Assembly (NCBI GenBank): GCA_964016885.1
Contig: OZ024754.1
Coordinates: 7,812,001-7,876,000 of the forward strand
From: Eledone cirrhosa
Taxonomy: Eukaryota
Direction of reading: 5' to 3'
DNA: 64,000 nucleotides
The notes below the pieces were generated by a model. It searched no databases. It was not told the DNA's origin and was given only the letters and a program-made list of their open reading frames with translations. Made by a program: the position numbers and the translations under genes. Shown here piece by piece: positions 1-15,573 of the stretch (its first letter is position 1; every line of letters begins with the position of its first letter).

Positions 1-28
1 AAAAATATAGCATTTGATGCTTTGTATG

Positions 29-67
<39 letters not shown>

Positions 68-940
68 CGTTGATTTTTAATTATCTTTAAAGTAAAATAT
101 TGAAAACGGTTATTCAATTATAGTGTAAACGTCTAGATAAGAGGACCACAGTTTTATCATTAAGATGTATCAAATGGTCTAATGAATAAATCACTTTTGC
201 TCGTCCTGAACTCAGAAACAATGTGACATTCACACTGCTAACTTATTAATTTAAAGTCATTCAGCTATGATTAATGCTTTGGCATCACGATATTATCCAA
301 ACGGAAAATAAAGAATGTCTTAGATAATAATAATTTTCTTAGGCAAATACTGTAAATACGGTTTTGAAAACTGATGTTGTATTTGCAGAGTTCATTTAAA
401 GCCGTCGTGAGTTAATATACAATTTTGCCTTCAAGATAACCTTTACGCTAACATTATACATTAAGCCAACAAGTTCAGAGTTTCTATAATAGTGTGTAAT
501 TGAATTATGCCTACCATAGAAAGAGGACACATGATGTGCTATAGAAATATCAGAGATTATAAAGGATAGGTTAAGTATGAATATATAAAGTGCACGCCTT
601 AATAAAAAGGTCTCATGTATTTGTTGTTCATGAATATATTATCTTATCTTATCTTATATATATATATATATACTAATGAGTATAACCGAAGTTGCAGCTG
701 CAACTAGCAAATTCGCATTTGTTATATATATATATGCCAAATTTAATTTAGAAATAGCTTCTACAGGACTAGAACTGTTTCATTCGAAGGAAATCACAAG
801 GGCAGCATCAGCATAAGAAGAAGAATGCGAGAGGAGGAGGAGGAGAAGAAGAAGACGAACATCATCCGTCCCCTTCTCTTTTCATTGTTTTCTAAATATT
901 TCTATTAACTTCCTTTGTTTTTTACACTTGATGTTATATA

Positions 941-1128
941 TTGGCAGTATATATTGGTAGAGGGTCGGACGCAATGCTTTGCAGCATAGAGTTACGGCCC
1001 TTTACGATCTGAATTCAAATCCCGCCGAGGTTAACTTTACCTTTCATCCTTACAGGGTCGATAAAATAAAGTACCAGTAATGCACTAGTATAATTGCTGG
1101 CCTTGTACCAACATTAGAAATAATTATT
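941..1128 (+). mobile_element. tRNA-derived SINE family 1 copy
   Basis: Head TGGCAGTAT..GGTAGAG (A-box-like), B-box-like GAATTCAAATCCC, core TTTACCTTTCATCCTTACAGGGTCGATAAAATAAAGTACCAG, tail GCTGGCCTTGTACCAACATTAGAAATAATTATT; about 22 related copies in the window. Confidence 0.85.
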
Positions 1129-1736
1129 ATATACTTACAGTATATAGTTAATAGTAATTATTCTATTGACATATAATTTACATATAATTTACATATAATT
1201 TGCACCTCTATACATGTTCTGTGTTAGATTTTCCATTGTGTTTCAAAATAAAATCAGTAATTATTTTTCTTCTATTTTTGTTTAACATTATTAATTAACT
1301 TAGTGTCTAATTGAAAACATTATAATTATAACTTCAATTTAAGACAGCTAGTGTATTGCTACTTATTTATTTTAATTGTTACCACTTAAAATTTTAAATA
1401 ATTATCTCTTAACTTTATAATATTCTTCACAAACAGTTTTTGTTTTTTTTCTAAGGTTCATGGGCTACGTTCTGAAATTCATTAACTCTAAAGTATAACA
1501 TAAGCCAATTTATTAATTATACATCAATATGCGCTCTTTAAAGTGTCTTGTTTATAAATAGCGAAACTATTCTGTTTATTTTACCTAAGTAAAAATCAAA
1601 AACAAACAATACATTTGCACTCATTAACTTGGTTCGACTTAACCTTTCAGATGTTACAATTGAGGACAATGTTGGTAGAACTCTGGAATTGAACCATCAA
1701 GACAGTTGAGGTATGTCATACATCAAATCATGTAAT

Positions 1737-1783
1737 TTATCTGACGAGGACGTACAGAAAAAAACCTTCGAAATATATATAAT
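1737..1783 (+). ncRNA. Degenerate hammerhead-like motif (pLTR family E-like)
   Basis: CTGACGA at 1741 and GAAATATATAT at 1770; downstream context resembles 16301 and 39696; stem II is poor. Confidence 0.3.
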
Positions 1784-2284
1784 AAAACATATATTTTGAT
1801 TATGTGAATGTCTTCATTTATTATTATTCTGAATAATAATAACTTCAGAAAACTTTCTTGTAGAGTGCTTTTAATCTATTGTAAAACTATATTCATTGAG
1901 TAATCAATGAACCATATTAATCTTTTGTTTTATATATATATATTTATACACATACACTTTCTTATTCTATTACGTGTTCCGGGCGAGAGGCTGACGTCAG
2001 CATGGGGCCTTCTCATTGCGTGCGTGCGTGCGTGTGTGTGTGTGCATTCATAAATTATTTTGACTGAACGTATACATACAGATGCATGGTGGATATGCAT
2101 GTCTCCCCCTCTCTCTCTCTCCCCCTCTCCCTGTTTCTCAGTCCCTCTCTCTCCCTGTGTGTCTGTGTTTATGTATACGTAGTCATGTGTTGTTTACTTG
2201 TATCAAGTTCTACATGTAACATTCGTTAAATAATGACATTTTCAAATTCTATTATATGAAGGAGTTTTCCTCTCAAGATAATAC

Positions 2285-2460
2285 TGGAATGGACCTGCGT
2301 CAGTTTCGACGATGAGTGTTAGATCAACGGAACATTCTCGCTCAGGAATTAACATGCAAGAAGTTAAGCATTACATCATACATTCGTTTACCTTTAACTT
2401 AAATCTCAGGGAGATTCACAGGATGTTGTAGGATAAGGTGGGTCTTTTCAATTAAAAGTA
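2285..2460 (-). mobile_element. Degraded 3' part of SINE family 2
   Basis: Reverse complement resembles 25745-25930. Confidence 0.5.
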
Positions 2461-2809
2461 AGGTCAATCTGACGAGTTTCTAAACAATTTCCGTCTAATC
2501 AATTCTAATTGTAAGACATGAAGCGACCAGAAACAATATTAAAGGACATTTATCCAAGATACCTTGCGGTGGGTTAGGAACGTTAGCTAATAATTTCAAA
2601 GTAATCTACGTTTTAAACAATCGCCAGTGCTGCGTATATAACGTGATATTAACGTGGCGTTAACTTTGTATTTTACAATATCGTCTAAATTACCATTTCA
2701 TACGCTTTATAAGCAGCGAACATTCATTTGTAGTCACTAATTTGACAATTACACTTGTACTCGCATGCGTATATCCCTGCGGTATACTCTGATAATAATG
2801 GATTTTATA

Positions 2810-3662
2810 CGCACACACACACACATATATATATATATGCATACTTACATACATATGCAAGCATATATTTATATATATATAGGCATACTTATATACATAT
2901 GCAAGCATATATTTATATATATATAGGCATACTTATATACATATGTATGCATATATATATATATGCATACTTACATATGCATGCATATATATATATAGGC
3001 ATACTTATATACATATGTATTCATATATATATATATATATGCATACTTACATACATATGCATGCATATATATATATATATATATGCATACTTACATACAT
3101 ATGCATGCATATATATATATATATGCATACTTACATACATATGTATGCATATATATATATGCATACTTACATACATATGTATGCATATATATATATATAT
3201 ATAGGGATACTTATATACATATGAATGCATATATATATATATATATATATATAAATATATATAGGCATACTTATATACATATGTATGCATATATATATAT
3301 ATATAAATATATATAGGCATACTTATATACATATGTATGCATATATATATATATATATAAATATATATAGGCATACTTATATACATATGTATGCATATAT
3401 ATATATATAAATATATATAGGCATACATATGTATGCATATATATATATATATAAATATATATAGGCATACTTATATACATATGTATGCATATATATATAT
3501 ATATATATATATATAGGCATACTTATATACATATGTGTGCATATATATATATATGTACATACTTATATACATATGTATGCATATATATATGCATACTTAT
3601 ATACATATGTATGCATATATATGCATACTTATATACATATGCATATATATATATATATATAT
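2810..3662. repeat. Minisatellite, unit ~GGCATACTTATATACATATGTATGC(AT)n
   Basis: About 20 tandem units with variable (AT)n length; explains the ORFs at 2690-3480. Confidence 0.95.
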
Positions 3663-3755
3663 AGATATTTATTAAAATAACAGATTAAAGTTTAAGCAAA
3701 GAATCGCTGCTTTCACCCTTAACGGGATCTTCCGAATATAAATATATATCTTCTA

Positions 3756-3790
<35 letters not shown>

Positions 3791-3919
3791 GCATATAAGT
3801 AAGGTGATAAAGTCTTCATACATTTAAGCATATACTATGACAGAGGTTATGAGATATAATTAGGAAAAGCGCACAATTATTACCCTTCTCTATCTTTTAT
3901 AACTTCATAGTTAATTTAT

Positions 3920-4035
3920 ATGGCAAACAATGTTTATCGTTCATTGACAAACGGTTGAAAATACAAATATAAATATATAGTCTATCAAAGTTCTTTCGTC
4001 ACACATCTGCGACATCATCAGTGGTTCTATTAGGT
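3920..4035 (-). mobile_element. Penelope-like pLTR fragment with hammerhead motif (family D)
   Basis: Minus strand reads CA-CTGATGA-TGTCGC-AGATGT-GTGAC-GAAAGAACTT-TG; the flank matches 62255-62370. Confidence 0.6.
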
Positions 4036-4186
4036 TTCCTCGCGTTGTATTGTCTACCTTTAGAAGAGATTTAAAGAGGCATGGTCACATGGTCAACAAT
4101 ATTTCTAAAGCTCTATCTCTTTTTATATTCGGAAATTAAAACTCACATCTAGAACGTTATTACACCCCCCCCCCCGCTTCAATATA

Positions 4187-4600
4187 TTATGTGTGTATGT
4201 GTGTGTATGTGGTGTATGTCTGTGTGTGTATGTGTATGTGGTGTATGTGGTGTGTGTGTGTGTGTGTATGGGTTATGTGAGTCTGATGAGTGAGTATGGT
4301 GTGAGTGTGGTGTGGATGTGTATGTGTGGTGTGTGTGTATGTGTGTGTGTATGTGTGTGGTGTATGTCTGTGTGTATGTATGTGTGTGTGTATGTGTGTG
4401 TGTATGTGGTGTGTGTATGTGTGTGTGTGTGTGTATGTGGTGTTTATGGGTTATGTGAGTCTGATGAGTGAGTATGGTGTGTGAGTGTGGTGTGTGAGTG
4501 TGGTGTGGATGTGTATGTGTGGTGTGTATGTGTGGTGTGGATGTGTGGTGTGGTGTATGCGTGGTGTGGTGTGTGTGCGTGTGGTGTGTGTGCGTGTGTG
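4187..4600. repeat. Compound (GT)-rich repeat bounded by direct repeat TCAATATA
   Basis: TCAATATA at 4179-4186 and 4601-4608; internal block TATGGGTTATGTGAGTCTGATGAGTGAGTATGG occurs twice. Confidence 0.85.
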
Positions 4601-5230
4601 TCAATATAATCTTCTTCGTTGCAGTTTCAAGCTTATATTTTTCAACTTCCAGATCAACTGAAATAAACAATCTAATGCCATTAAGTCCAGTATATATTTA
4701 TATTTTTTAAATTTTCAAACATCTTTTAATGTTATTTATATGTTTCTTTTTTATGAAATTCTATTTGTCCATCATTACCACAAATTCTTTACATCATGTG
4801 AGAGGGAATCTAATTAAAACTCTTACCTGATGATAAATTCATGTGACAGAACACAATTTTACTGGATGCTGTTTTTGTTTCGTTTGGCTTTGTTTACTTT
4901 TCAGAAGAGCCGGGGTTACATCCGAAAGGCATTCAATTCCAACGATTAAAAAGTAATTGAATTAGTCGTTTACACAACTTTAATTTCGCTAAAGTTTAGC
5001 TAAATAAATATATTGGTGGTAGGAAGGGTTGCATGTTTTGTTATGTGCACTTGTGTCTTATGCCTGTTGGCATGTAGTGTCTCTGAATATTCTCATTATA
5101 ACCTAACATGCTCGACTTAAATGAAACAAATTAATTCAGGTTTTAATTTTACTAGTAACAAATAGAATTATTTAAAAATTCAGAAAACTGTTCCCTGTTG
5201 CCTATTGACCTAAATGCACTACTATAATTT

Positions 5231-5418
5231 ATGGATTGGCAGTATCGGTAGAGAGTCGGACGCCATGCTTTGTAGCATAGAGTTACGCCCCTTTATGATC
5301 TGAGTTCAAATCCCGCCGAGGTTAACTTTGCCTTTCATCCTTATGAGGTCGATAAAATAAAGTACCAGTAATGCACTGGGTAATTGCTGGCCTTGTGCCA
5401 AAAGTAGAAACAATTATT
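5231..5418 (+). mobile_element. SINE family 1 copy
   Basis: Near full-length match to the other copies. Confidence 0.9.
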
Positions 5419-5460
5419 AAACAAGTGACAATTCCTATCCATATTTATCCGTTAATTAAT

Positions 5461-5648
5461 TGTTTCTACTTTTGGCACAAGGCCAGCAAATACTCAGTAC
5501 ATCCCTGGTACTTTATTTTATCGACCCCCGTAAGGATGAAAAGCAAAGTTAACCTCGGCGGGATTTGAACTAAGAATGTAAAGGGCCGTAACTCTGTATT
5601 GCAAATCATGGCGTACGACCCTCCACCGATACTGCCAATCCACCGCCC
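5461..5648 (-). mobile_element. SINE family 1 full-length copy with 16-bp TSD
   Basis: TSD TTATCCGTTAATTAAT at 5445-5460 and 5649-5664; defines the 5' end GGGCGGTGGATTGGCAG. Confidence 0.93.
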
Positions 5649-5689
5649 TTATCCGTTAATTAATACTAAGTAATTAAAACATGAATATC

Positions 5690-6050
5690 GTCCGAACACG
5701 GAAGAGCCGAACTCCCACCGTCATCGCCTCCATCTCTCTCACCCTCCCCATCTCTCTCTGTTGTGAGTAAATGGGGTCCCACATGCTGGCCGCCCCACAG
5801 CCCCGGCGGACAGAATGGAGAAGGCGTTTTCCCGGAGGATCCTAAGAGAGATGCGCTGGAAGAGCCATTCCATCTCGCGAGTCTCACACCTGCAGCTAGC
5901 CAGTTCAGTGCCTATGGTAGTGAGTAGGGAGGTAGCCCTAGGGCCAAGGACACCAGAAGTCTCGACTGCCAGAGGCACGACTGCAAATCTATCGGAGAGC
6001 GACCGGTACTTGGAGTGTTTGCCCTCCTCAGCCCAAAGTGCTGGGTTAGT
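5690..6050 (-). mobile_element. 3' fragment of RLE-type non-LTR retrotransposon (CRE-like)
   Basis: Translation AEEGKHSKYRSLSDRFAVVPLAVETSGVLGP...LFQRISLRILRENAFSI matches the C-terminal motif pattern of restriction-like-endonuclease LINEs; related copies near 46270, 48135 and 59345. Confidence 0.75.
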
Positions 6051-6202
6051 TGTTTAGCCCAATGTCAGCGCTGGTGGCCACTGAACAACTTGTTCGTTTT
6101 CATCTTTTTATTTAATTTTTTTTTTTTTTTTAAAGATTATAGAGCATCCCTTGTTGTTTTTCCCACGTAATACTGATAAAAATGCATTACGTATATTACG
6201 TA

Positions 6203-6396
6203 AGGTGGTGGAGTGGCAGTATCGGTAGAGGGTTGGACGCAATGCTTTGCAGCATATAGTTACGGCCCTTTGTGATCTGAGTTCAAATCCCGCCGAGGTT
6301 AACTTCGCCTTTCATCCTTAAAAGATCGATAAAATAAAGTACCAGTAATGCACTGGAATAATTGCTGGCCTTGTGCCAAAAGTAGAGACAATTATT
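6203..6396 (+). mobile_element. SINE family 1 copy
   Basis: Full-length match. Confidence 0.9.
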
Positions 6397-7122
6397 TATA
6401 TTTCCAAATACAATAATAATTTTTTTTTTTTAAACAATAAAAAAATAAATAAAAACCCATGTGTTTGTAAAAGTTATTTTTGTTTTATATCATTCAGTCT
6501 TTCAGTGACCACCTTATATGATTATAACTACCCTAGCCATGCACGCTTCGGCATTATACAATGTGGATGCAATATAGAAACACATGTTCCAATTTTAACT
6601 TATTTTCAAAGACGCTGGGGGCTTCTGATTTTCGTAGGTGATATGACGAAGCAGGGACTCCCTTATTACTTGATAATCATGTTGTAACACTTAGTATATA
6701 TTAACAGATATGTATGACTAGGAAATAAAGATGGTGGTAGTATCAATCGTTATACGTGAGGAGTTAGAGACAGATATAAACCAATGATAGAATAAATCAA
6801 ATTGACTATGTTGTCATGATATAGAATCGGAAATATCACAACACCAACAGATAATAACATTTACAAAAGCTAACAACTTCACATCTACATGACACCTCAA
6901 CAAAAGAGGGAAAGAGGCAGGCATTATGGACATGTAAAGTCGAAGTTTCGTTTTTGATAACCAACAAATATTAATGGATATTGTACAAATGTCACTTGTT
7001 TTTCTTAGAAAGATATCACCATAAAGTAAAGTTCTTTATCAAGAGATTTCTGGAGATTGGAATTCAATGTTGTTTATCATAGAAGTTGCCTTTCGGCATT
7101 AAGATAAGAAACACGTTTTGAA

Positions 7123-7564
7123 ATACACACACACACATACACATATATATACACGCATATATACACACACATATATATATACACGCATATATACACACAC
7201 ACACGTATACACACATATGTATATATATACACACACGCACATATATATATATACACACACTCATATATATATACACACACACACACACATATATACACAC
7301 ACACACACATATATATATATACACACATATACACATATATACACACACATATACACACATACACACACACATATATATACACACACACACACATATATAT
7401 ACACACACACATACATATATATACACACACACACATATATGCACACGCACACATATACACACATATATACATATATACACACACTGATATATACACACAC
7501 ATATATATACACACATATATACACACATATATATACACACACACATATATATACACACACACAT

Positions 7565-7607
<43 letters not shown>

Positions 7608-7899
7608 TATATATATATATACACACATATATACACACGCATATATATACACACACATATATACACACAAATATACACACATATACACACACACACATAC
7701 ATATATGTATACACACATACATATACACATATATATATATATACACACACACACATATACACACATATATAAACACACGCACATATACACACACACGTAT
7801 ATAAACACACACACACATGTATATACACACACGTATATAAACACACACACATATATACACACACACATATACACACACACACATATATATATATATATA
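7123..7899. repeat. Compound (CA)n/(TA)n microsatellite
   Basis: Direct reading. Confidence 0.97.
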
Positions 7900-8174
7900 G
7901 GAATGAAAAACGGCGTGCTGTGTTGTTGCAAGTGTGATATACAAATTAAATATATCACTCGAAGTCTTGTTTATCTACTGTAGGCTATTACCCGAATTGC
8001 TGAGATTAAGAAGTGGGAAGTTGATAATTATTTTATGCTAGAATTATGTTTGACTTCATATTCGCAAGTAAATACAAATATATTTGCTGCCCACATACAG
8101 ACAAATGTATTTCTGCACAAATATATTGTGTTTCTTACGTATACACATGTCGTCTATAACATTTAATAGAAACA

Positions 8175-8650
8175 GTTCGACTGAGACGAAATACTATGTA
8201 ACTCTTCCATGTTTTAATGTCTACGGAAGTGAATCATGGCACCTTAAGACCAGCCAATAGAAGAAGTTGGAGGCATTCGATTCCAGATGTCTGCGAAAGA
8301 TCCTGGGGATTAAATGGAGTTACCATGTAACAAACCAGAAAGTTAGGAGCCGCACCAACCAGCAGCTAGTCTCTTCTACCATCTGCAAGCGACGCCTGGG
8401 CTGGTTTGGACACGCTTTGAGACTTCCCCCGGAGAGACTGGCGAACCAAGTACTTAAATGGAACCCACAGGGAAGCAGACGGAGAGGGCGACCCCAAATG
8501 AACTGGCGCCAGGCAGTTGAGAGGGACCTGCGAGCGACAAACAGACAATGCAGGGACGCTGTGCAACTGGTTGCTGACCGAGCGCGGTGGAACACTATGA
8601 TTGCCTCATGCGCCGCAAGACGCGGGAGCTTCTGAGCCGGAGTCTGAGAT
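8175..8650 (+). mobile_element. 5'-truncated RTE-clade LINE, ORF C-terminus
   Basis: YGSESW..KKLEAFDSRCLRKILGIKW..RRLGWFGHALRL..KWNPQGSRRRGRP..W..VERDL is typical RTE post-RT sequence; in-frame stop near 8258. Confidence 0.88.
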
Positions 8651-8778
8651 CGATACCCATTAATAATAATCTACTCTCGGTCCCAAATGATAGGAGGGGT
8701 TGGATTAAGCGAGAGAAGACTAACAGGTGGCATTTTGCCTGACGCTTTAACAATTCTGCCAACAATAAGAACGCTAAT

Positions 8779-9194
8779 AATTGTTTCTACGTTTGGCACA
8801 AGGCCAGCAAAAAGTCAGTGCATTACTGGTACTTTATTTTATCGACCCCGTAAGGATGAAAGGCATAGTTAACCCCGACGGGATTTGAACTCAGATCATA
8901 AAGGGGCGTAACTATGCTGCAAGGCATGGTGTCCGACTCTCTACCGATACTGCCAATCCACCAACCTATAAGAATGGTTTCTTATACAGGCACAAGGCCA
9001 GTAATTTTTTTTTGGGGGGGGGAAGTCTATTAAGTCGACACCAGTACGTTACTGGTACTTTATTTTATCGACCCCGTAAGGACAAAAGGCTAAGTTAACC
9101 TCGGCGGGATTTGAACTTGGACCGTAAAGGGCCGCAACTCTATGCTACAAAGCATGGCGTCCGGCTCTCTACCGATACTGCCAATCAACCGCCT
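8779..9194 (-). mobile_element. Two adjacent SINE family 1 copies (short-tail 8779-8967, long-tail 8975-9194)
   Basis: Both carry core and head; the second has an extra GGGGGAAGTCTATTAAGTCGAC segment. Confidence 0.88.
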
Positions 9195-9296
9195 TTGATG
9201 ATAGTGAATAATAAATAAGAGAATGGATGGAGATGATAAAGTAAAACATTTAGATAGTGATGAGAAAGATATTGTAGATATTGTAGATAATTATTC

Positions 9297-9420
9297 ACCC
9301 AACTGCCAAAATCCCCGTCTTGAGTCTATATTAGAAATAATTGGTTCAACTGTTGGCACAAGGCCAGCAATACCCCAGTGTATTACTGGTACTTTATTTT
9401 ATCGACCTCGTAAGGATGAA
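9297..9420 (-). mobile_element. Partial SINE 1 tail plus flank, inverted copy of 9797-9920
   Basis: ACCCAACTGCCAAAATCCCCGTCTTGAGTCTATATTAGAAATAATT is a near reverse complement of 9875-9919. Confidence 0.75.
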
Positions 9421-9500
9421 TAATAATATTTCCCCATCACAGAATGATGAAAACTGTATTTGAGATTTCATGGGAGTTGAACTGAGAATATTATTTCTAA

Positions 9501-9880
9501 TCGGTAGAGGGTCGGACGTCATGCTTTCCAGCATAGTTACGTCCCTTTACGATCTGAGTTCAAATCCCGCCGAGGTTGACTTTGCCTTTCATCCTTACGG
9601 GGTCGATAAAATAAAGTACCAGTAATGCACTGAGTAATTGCTGGCCTGGTGCCTAAAGTAGAAACAATTATTTCTAATATATAAGGTGGTAGATTGGAAG
9701 TATCGGTAGAGGGTCGGACACCATGCTGTTCAGCATAGAGTTACGGCCCTTTACGTTCTCAGTTCATTCAAATCCCGCCGAGATTAACTTTGCCTTTCAT
9801 CCTTACGGGGTCGATAAAATAAATACTAGTAATATACTGGGATAACTGCTGGACTTGTGCCAAAAGTAGAAACAATTATT
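9501..9880 (+). mobile_element. Two tandem SINE family 1 copies (9501-9670, 9684-9880)
   Basis: Each ends AAACAATTATTTCTAATAT; an older minus-strand SINE relic follows to ~10035. Confidence 0.88.
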
Positions 9881-10281
9881 TCTAATATAGACTCAAGGAC
9901 GGGATTTTGGCAGTTGGGTTAAAAATTCGTTTTACATGACCTCAATGCTTGATTGGTATTTTACATTGTCTAAATCCAACTCAGTACGATGAAGCCAAAG
10001 TTGGCTTCGCTGGGATTCGAACTCAGAACGTAGAATATAGTAAAGAAATCCCTGTACCAATCCACAGGCCAGTGTCCGCAGGAATGCTTTTGCGGTCTTG
10101 TCCTCGGGGCACAGACCCAATACCTCCGTGCCTTAGACCTAGAGCCCATCAACATCCATTCCCTTCTCCAATCTTCTGTAACCTCTAGAGTCCTTGCCTT
10201 TCCCTTCCTTTTGCATAACCACAAATATTACTTCAATGTTTTACAATAAATATAGCTGTATATATATTACAGTATATATAT

Positions 10282-10450
10282 TATCCTGCGTATGACATTA
10301 AACCGCATCCAGTGACACGGCTCCAGTTCGAGAATTCAGGAGCTGTGAAGAATGTGGAGTTACGTCTTAGTTTTTTTCACTCCCAAGTCTGCTTTGGCCC
10401 GAAGCAGTAGTACATGTTAGGGGCCCATTTGTGGGTTAAAAATTACTTTA
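10282..10450 (+). mobile_element. Degraded interspersed repeat
   Basis: Resembles, from memory only, an abundant octopus repeat (TATGACAYTAAAC..GGCTCCAG..GAATGTGGAGT..TGTTAGGG..TGGGTYAAA); single copy here. Confidence 0.35.
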
Positions 10451-11086
10451 CTCTAGTGGCGAGGTATTATCAGTCATTGAAAAGAATCTCAGGAACTTTA
10501 CTCGCCCTAGATAGATATTATCCACCAACACGGAAGATAATAAAAAGTATGCTTGTTACATTTATAATGTTCTGCACTTTACTGAACAATACTTAAAGTG
10601 GAAATTCTAAGAACAATTTATGTATACACATTTTGTTTCATTTCATTTCAAAATCATATTAGTCAATTACGTGATTTGTCGATTGAACTACTTCAAATGA
10701 ATCACTAAAGTGGTATTTAATCCTATTTAGTCCAAGATATATTAAATCGATGAGTTGCAGTAAATTACGTGTTTTAGTTTATATGCGTAACTAAATCCTG
10801 TTTCACAAACTGAGATGTCAGGGATTAACAAGTGTCAGCAGATGATATGTAAATAAGAAGGCGTATATGGAATACATAGAAAAATATTTATTTCGTTCCG
10901 ACGCGGGGTTAAATTCTGCTTCGTAAGTGAGTCAAATTCTATTTGCTGAAACTAGCTGTTAAAACGTCAAGAGCTCAACCAACGGGTCACAATTCGTTGT
11001 AATTTATAATATAATCATACTCTACTACCCGAAGTGTCGAGTACTCTGCTGAGTAATGGTCTAACCAGTTCCAAACAGAATCCATC

Positions 11087-11123
<37 letters not shown>

Positions 11124-11127
<4 letters not shown>

Positions 11128-11333
11128 AAAAGAGTCAGGAACCCGACGGCTGAGTTCCGGCCGTTTCAACAGCTAGATCCGATACTTAGTTCGGATCTAG
11201 CTGTCGAAACGGCTGAAGCTCAGCCGTGGGGATCCTGACTCTTTTCTTATTACCCACTCTACTACCCTAAGTATTGAGTACTCTGGTGCGTTATGGTCCA
11301 CCTGCTATTCTACCACACCATCTTGTCTTTGTT
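11124..11333. mobile_element. Asymmetric hairpin element, subtype A
   Basis: ~60-bp inverted arms (AAAAGAGTCAGGA..GACGGCTGAG..CCGTTTC..CAGCTAGATCCGA) plus ~85-bp unique tail; flanked by (TA)n. Confidence 0.85.
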
Positions 11334-12263
11334 TAAATATATATATATATATATATGAAGAAGAGAAATGACTGTGTATTTGCTAGATAAGATATGCTTT
11401 GAAATAAGAAGAAAGCAAGAGCGGGGCAAGTTTTCCTCATCAGTTGTCTGCTGGAGTCTCGGATATTTCTACGCATTAAAGACAAGATATCTACCCCCAG
11501 TACGTTCAATAACTAGATAAATTATTGGGAAAACGAAGGAGGAAGGGAAAGAAAATATAGGATAACAGAAGAGAAAAAGGGAGAAAAGAGAAACGAGAAA
11601 AACAGCAAAAAAGAAACGAAAAATAAACGAAAAAAAGCGAAAACAATATATATATATATATGAAATCCAAAGTAAAATGCCAATAATATTTTTCAGTGTG
11701 AATCTTTTCTTACGATCCTCAGTCCAGAAAACGTGATTGTAATTACTTCTGGAGTATTTCTGAAAGACATTAATATCTTGTATTTATTGTTAATCTTGTT
11801 GTCTTGTTTTTGTTGTTAAATTTCTAGTGGGATTTGGACAACGTTAAAAATGATATTTAAATATATACTTTAAAAAAATAAAGGACGAAGTGATATTTAA
11901 TTGCATTAGCCGGACTGGTAATTGCCGCCAATTAAATTTAATAGTCATTTACCGATATGTCAAGACTAATTACATTTTAATTTGATTTCATTTAATTGGA
12001 TCGTACATCCAGCGATATGCACTGGATTAGTATTAGAAAATAGAAAAGAATTAATCACCTCGGTGATATTTTAAGATGATATCTTGTTTCAAGTAACATT
12101 CTCTCTTTAGTATTTTTATATCCCACGCGTTTTACGAAATGCAATATGAGATATATCATTTGATATGTTGGGGTAGATATCACTCACGTCAGCCTTTCAT
12201 GTGGAAGGATTAGTTAGATATTTCTTATAAGTAGATAATACTCTCTCTCGCTCTCTCCCTCTT

Positions 12264-15043
<2,780 letters not shown>

Positions 15044-15046
15044 TTA

Positions 15047-15165
15047 TTGATGAAGGACTAGCGTTTGGTCCGAAACGTTAAGACCATCTTTCTGCTATTT
15101 CAAGCGTTAATCTAATATATCCCTTCCATATACTGTACCGATTGTGTTGTTATATCTGTTTAACA
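15047..15165 (+). mobile_element. Penelope-like pLTR fragment with hammerhead core (family B)
   Basis: TTGATGA-A-GGAC-TAGCGTTTG-GTCC-GAAACGTT-AAGA; same family at 18010-18170 and 50550-50770. Confidence 0.7.
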
Positions 15166-15167
15166 TT

Positions 15168-15261
<94 letters not shown>

Positions 15262-15290
15262 CAGTCATACACACACACAACCTCATTTAA

Positions 15291-15333
15291 ACCGAGCTGA
15301 TGATCCAAATAAGGTGAAACAATTGTTCTCGGT
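15291..15333 (+). ncRNA. Minimal type I hammerhead ribozyme (family A)
   Basis: Helix I ACCGAG/CTCGGT, core CTGATGA, helix II CC-AAATAA-GG, GAAAC-AATT-GT-T with palindromic ACAATTGT; the associated repeat extends to ~15425. Confidence 0.75.
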
Positions 15334-15434
15334 ATGGTGAACTAACTGTTGTTAAACTACTACCAAACTCGTCCCATTGACTGAGTGCTCTACTACTTCA
15401 GATATAACCCAGCAGTGTTCTACTATTATATATA

Positions 15435-15489
<55 letters not shown>

Positions 15490-15573
15490 GAGAAACGAAT
15501 ATTATTATGGTGATTTAGGCTGGTGTGACAACCGCTTTTGAGATTTCAAAATTTCTCAAATTATATATATATA

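Noticed and set aside
1651-1710. Exon-like segment with TTTCAG acceptor and GTATGT donor
   Set aside because: Stops in all three frames; could be a non-coding exon but cannot be supported without RNA data
1990-2000. CRE-type palindrome GCTGACGTCAGC as a regulatory site
   Set aside because: An isolated short motif with no linked gene; expected by chance in 64 kb
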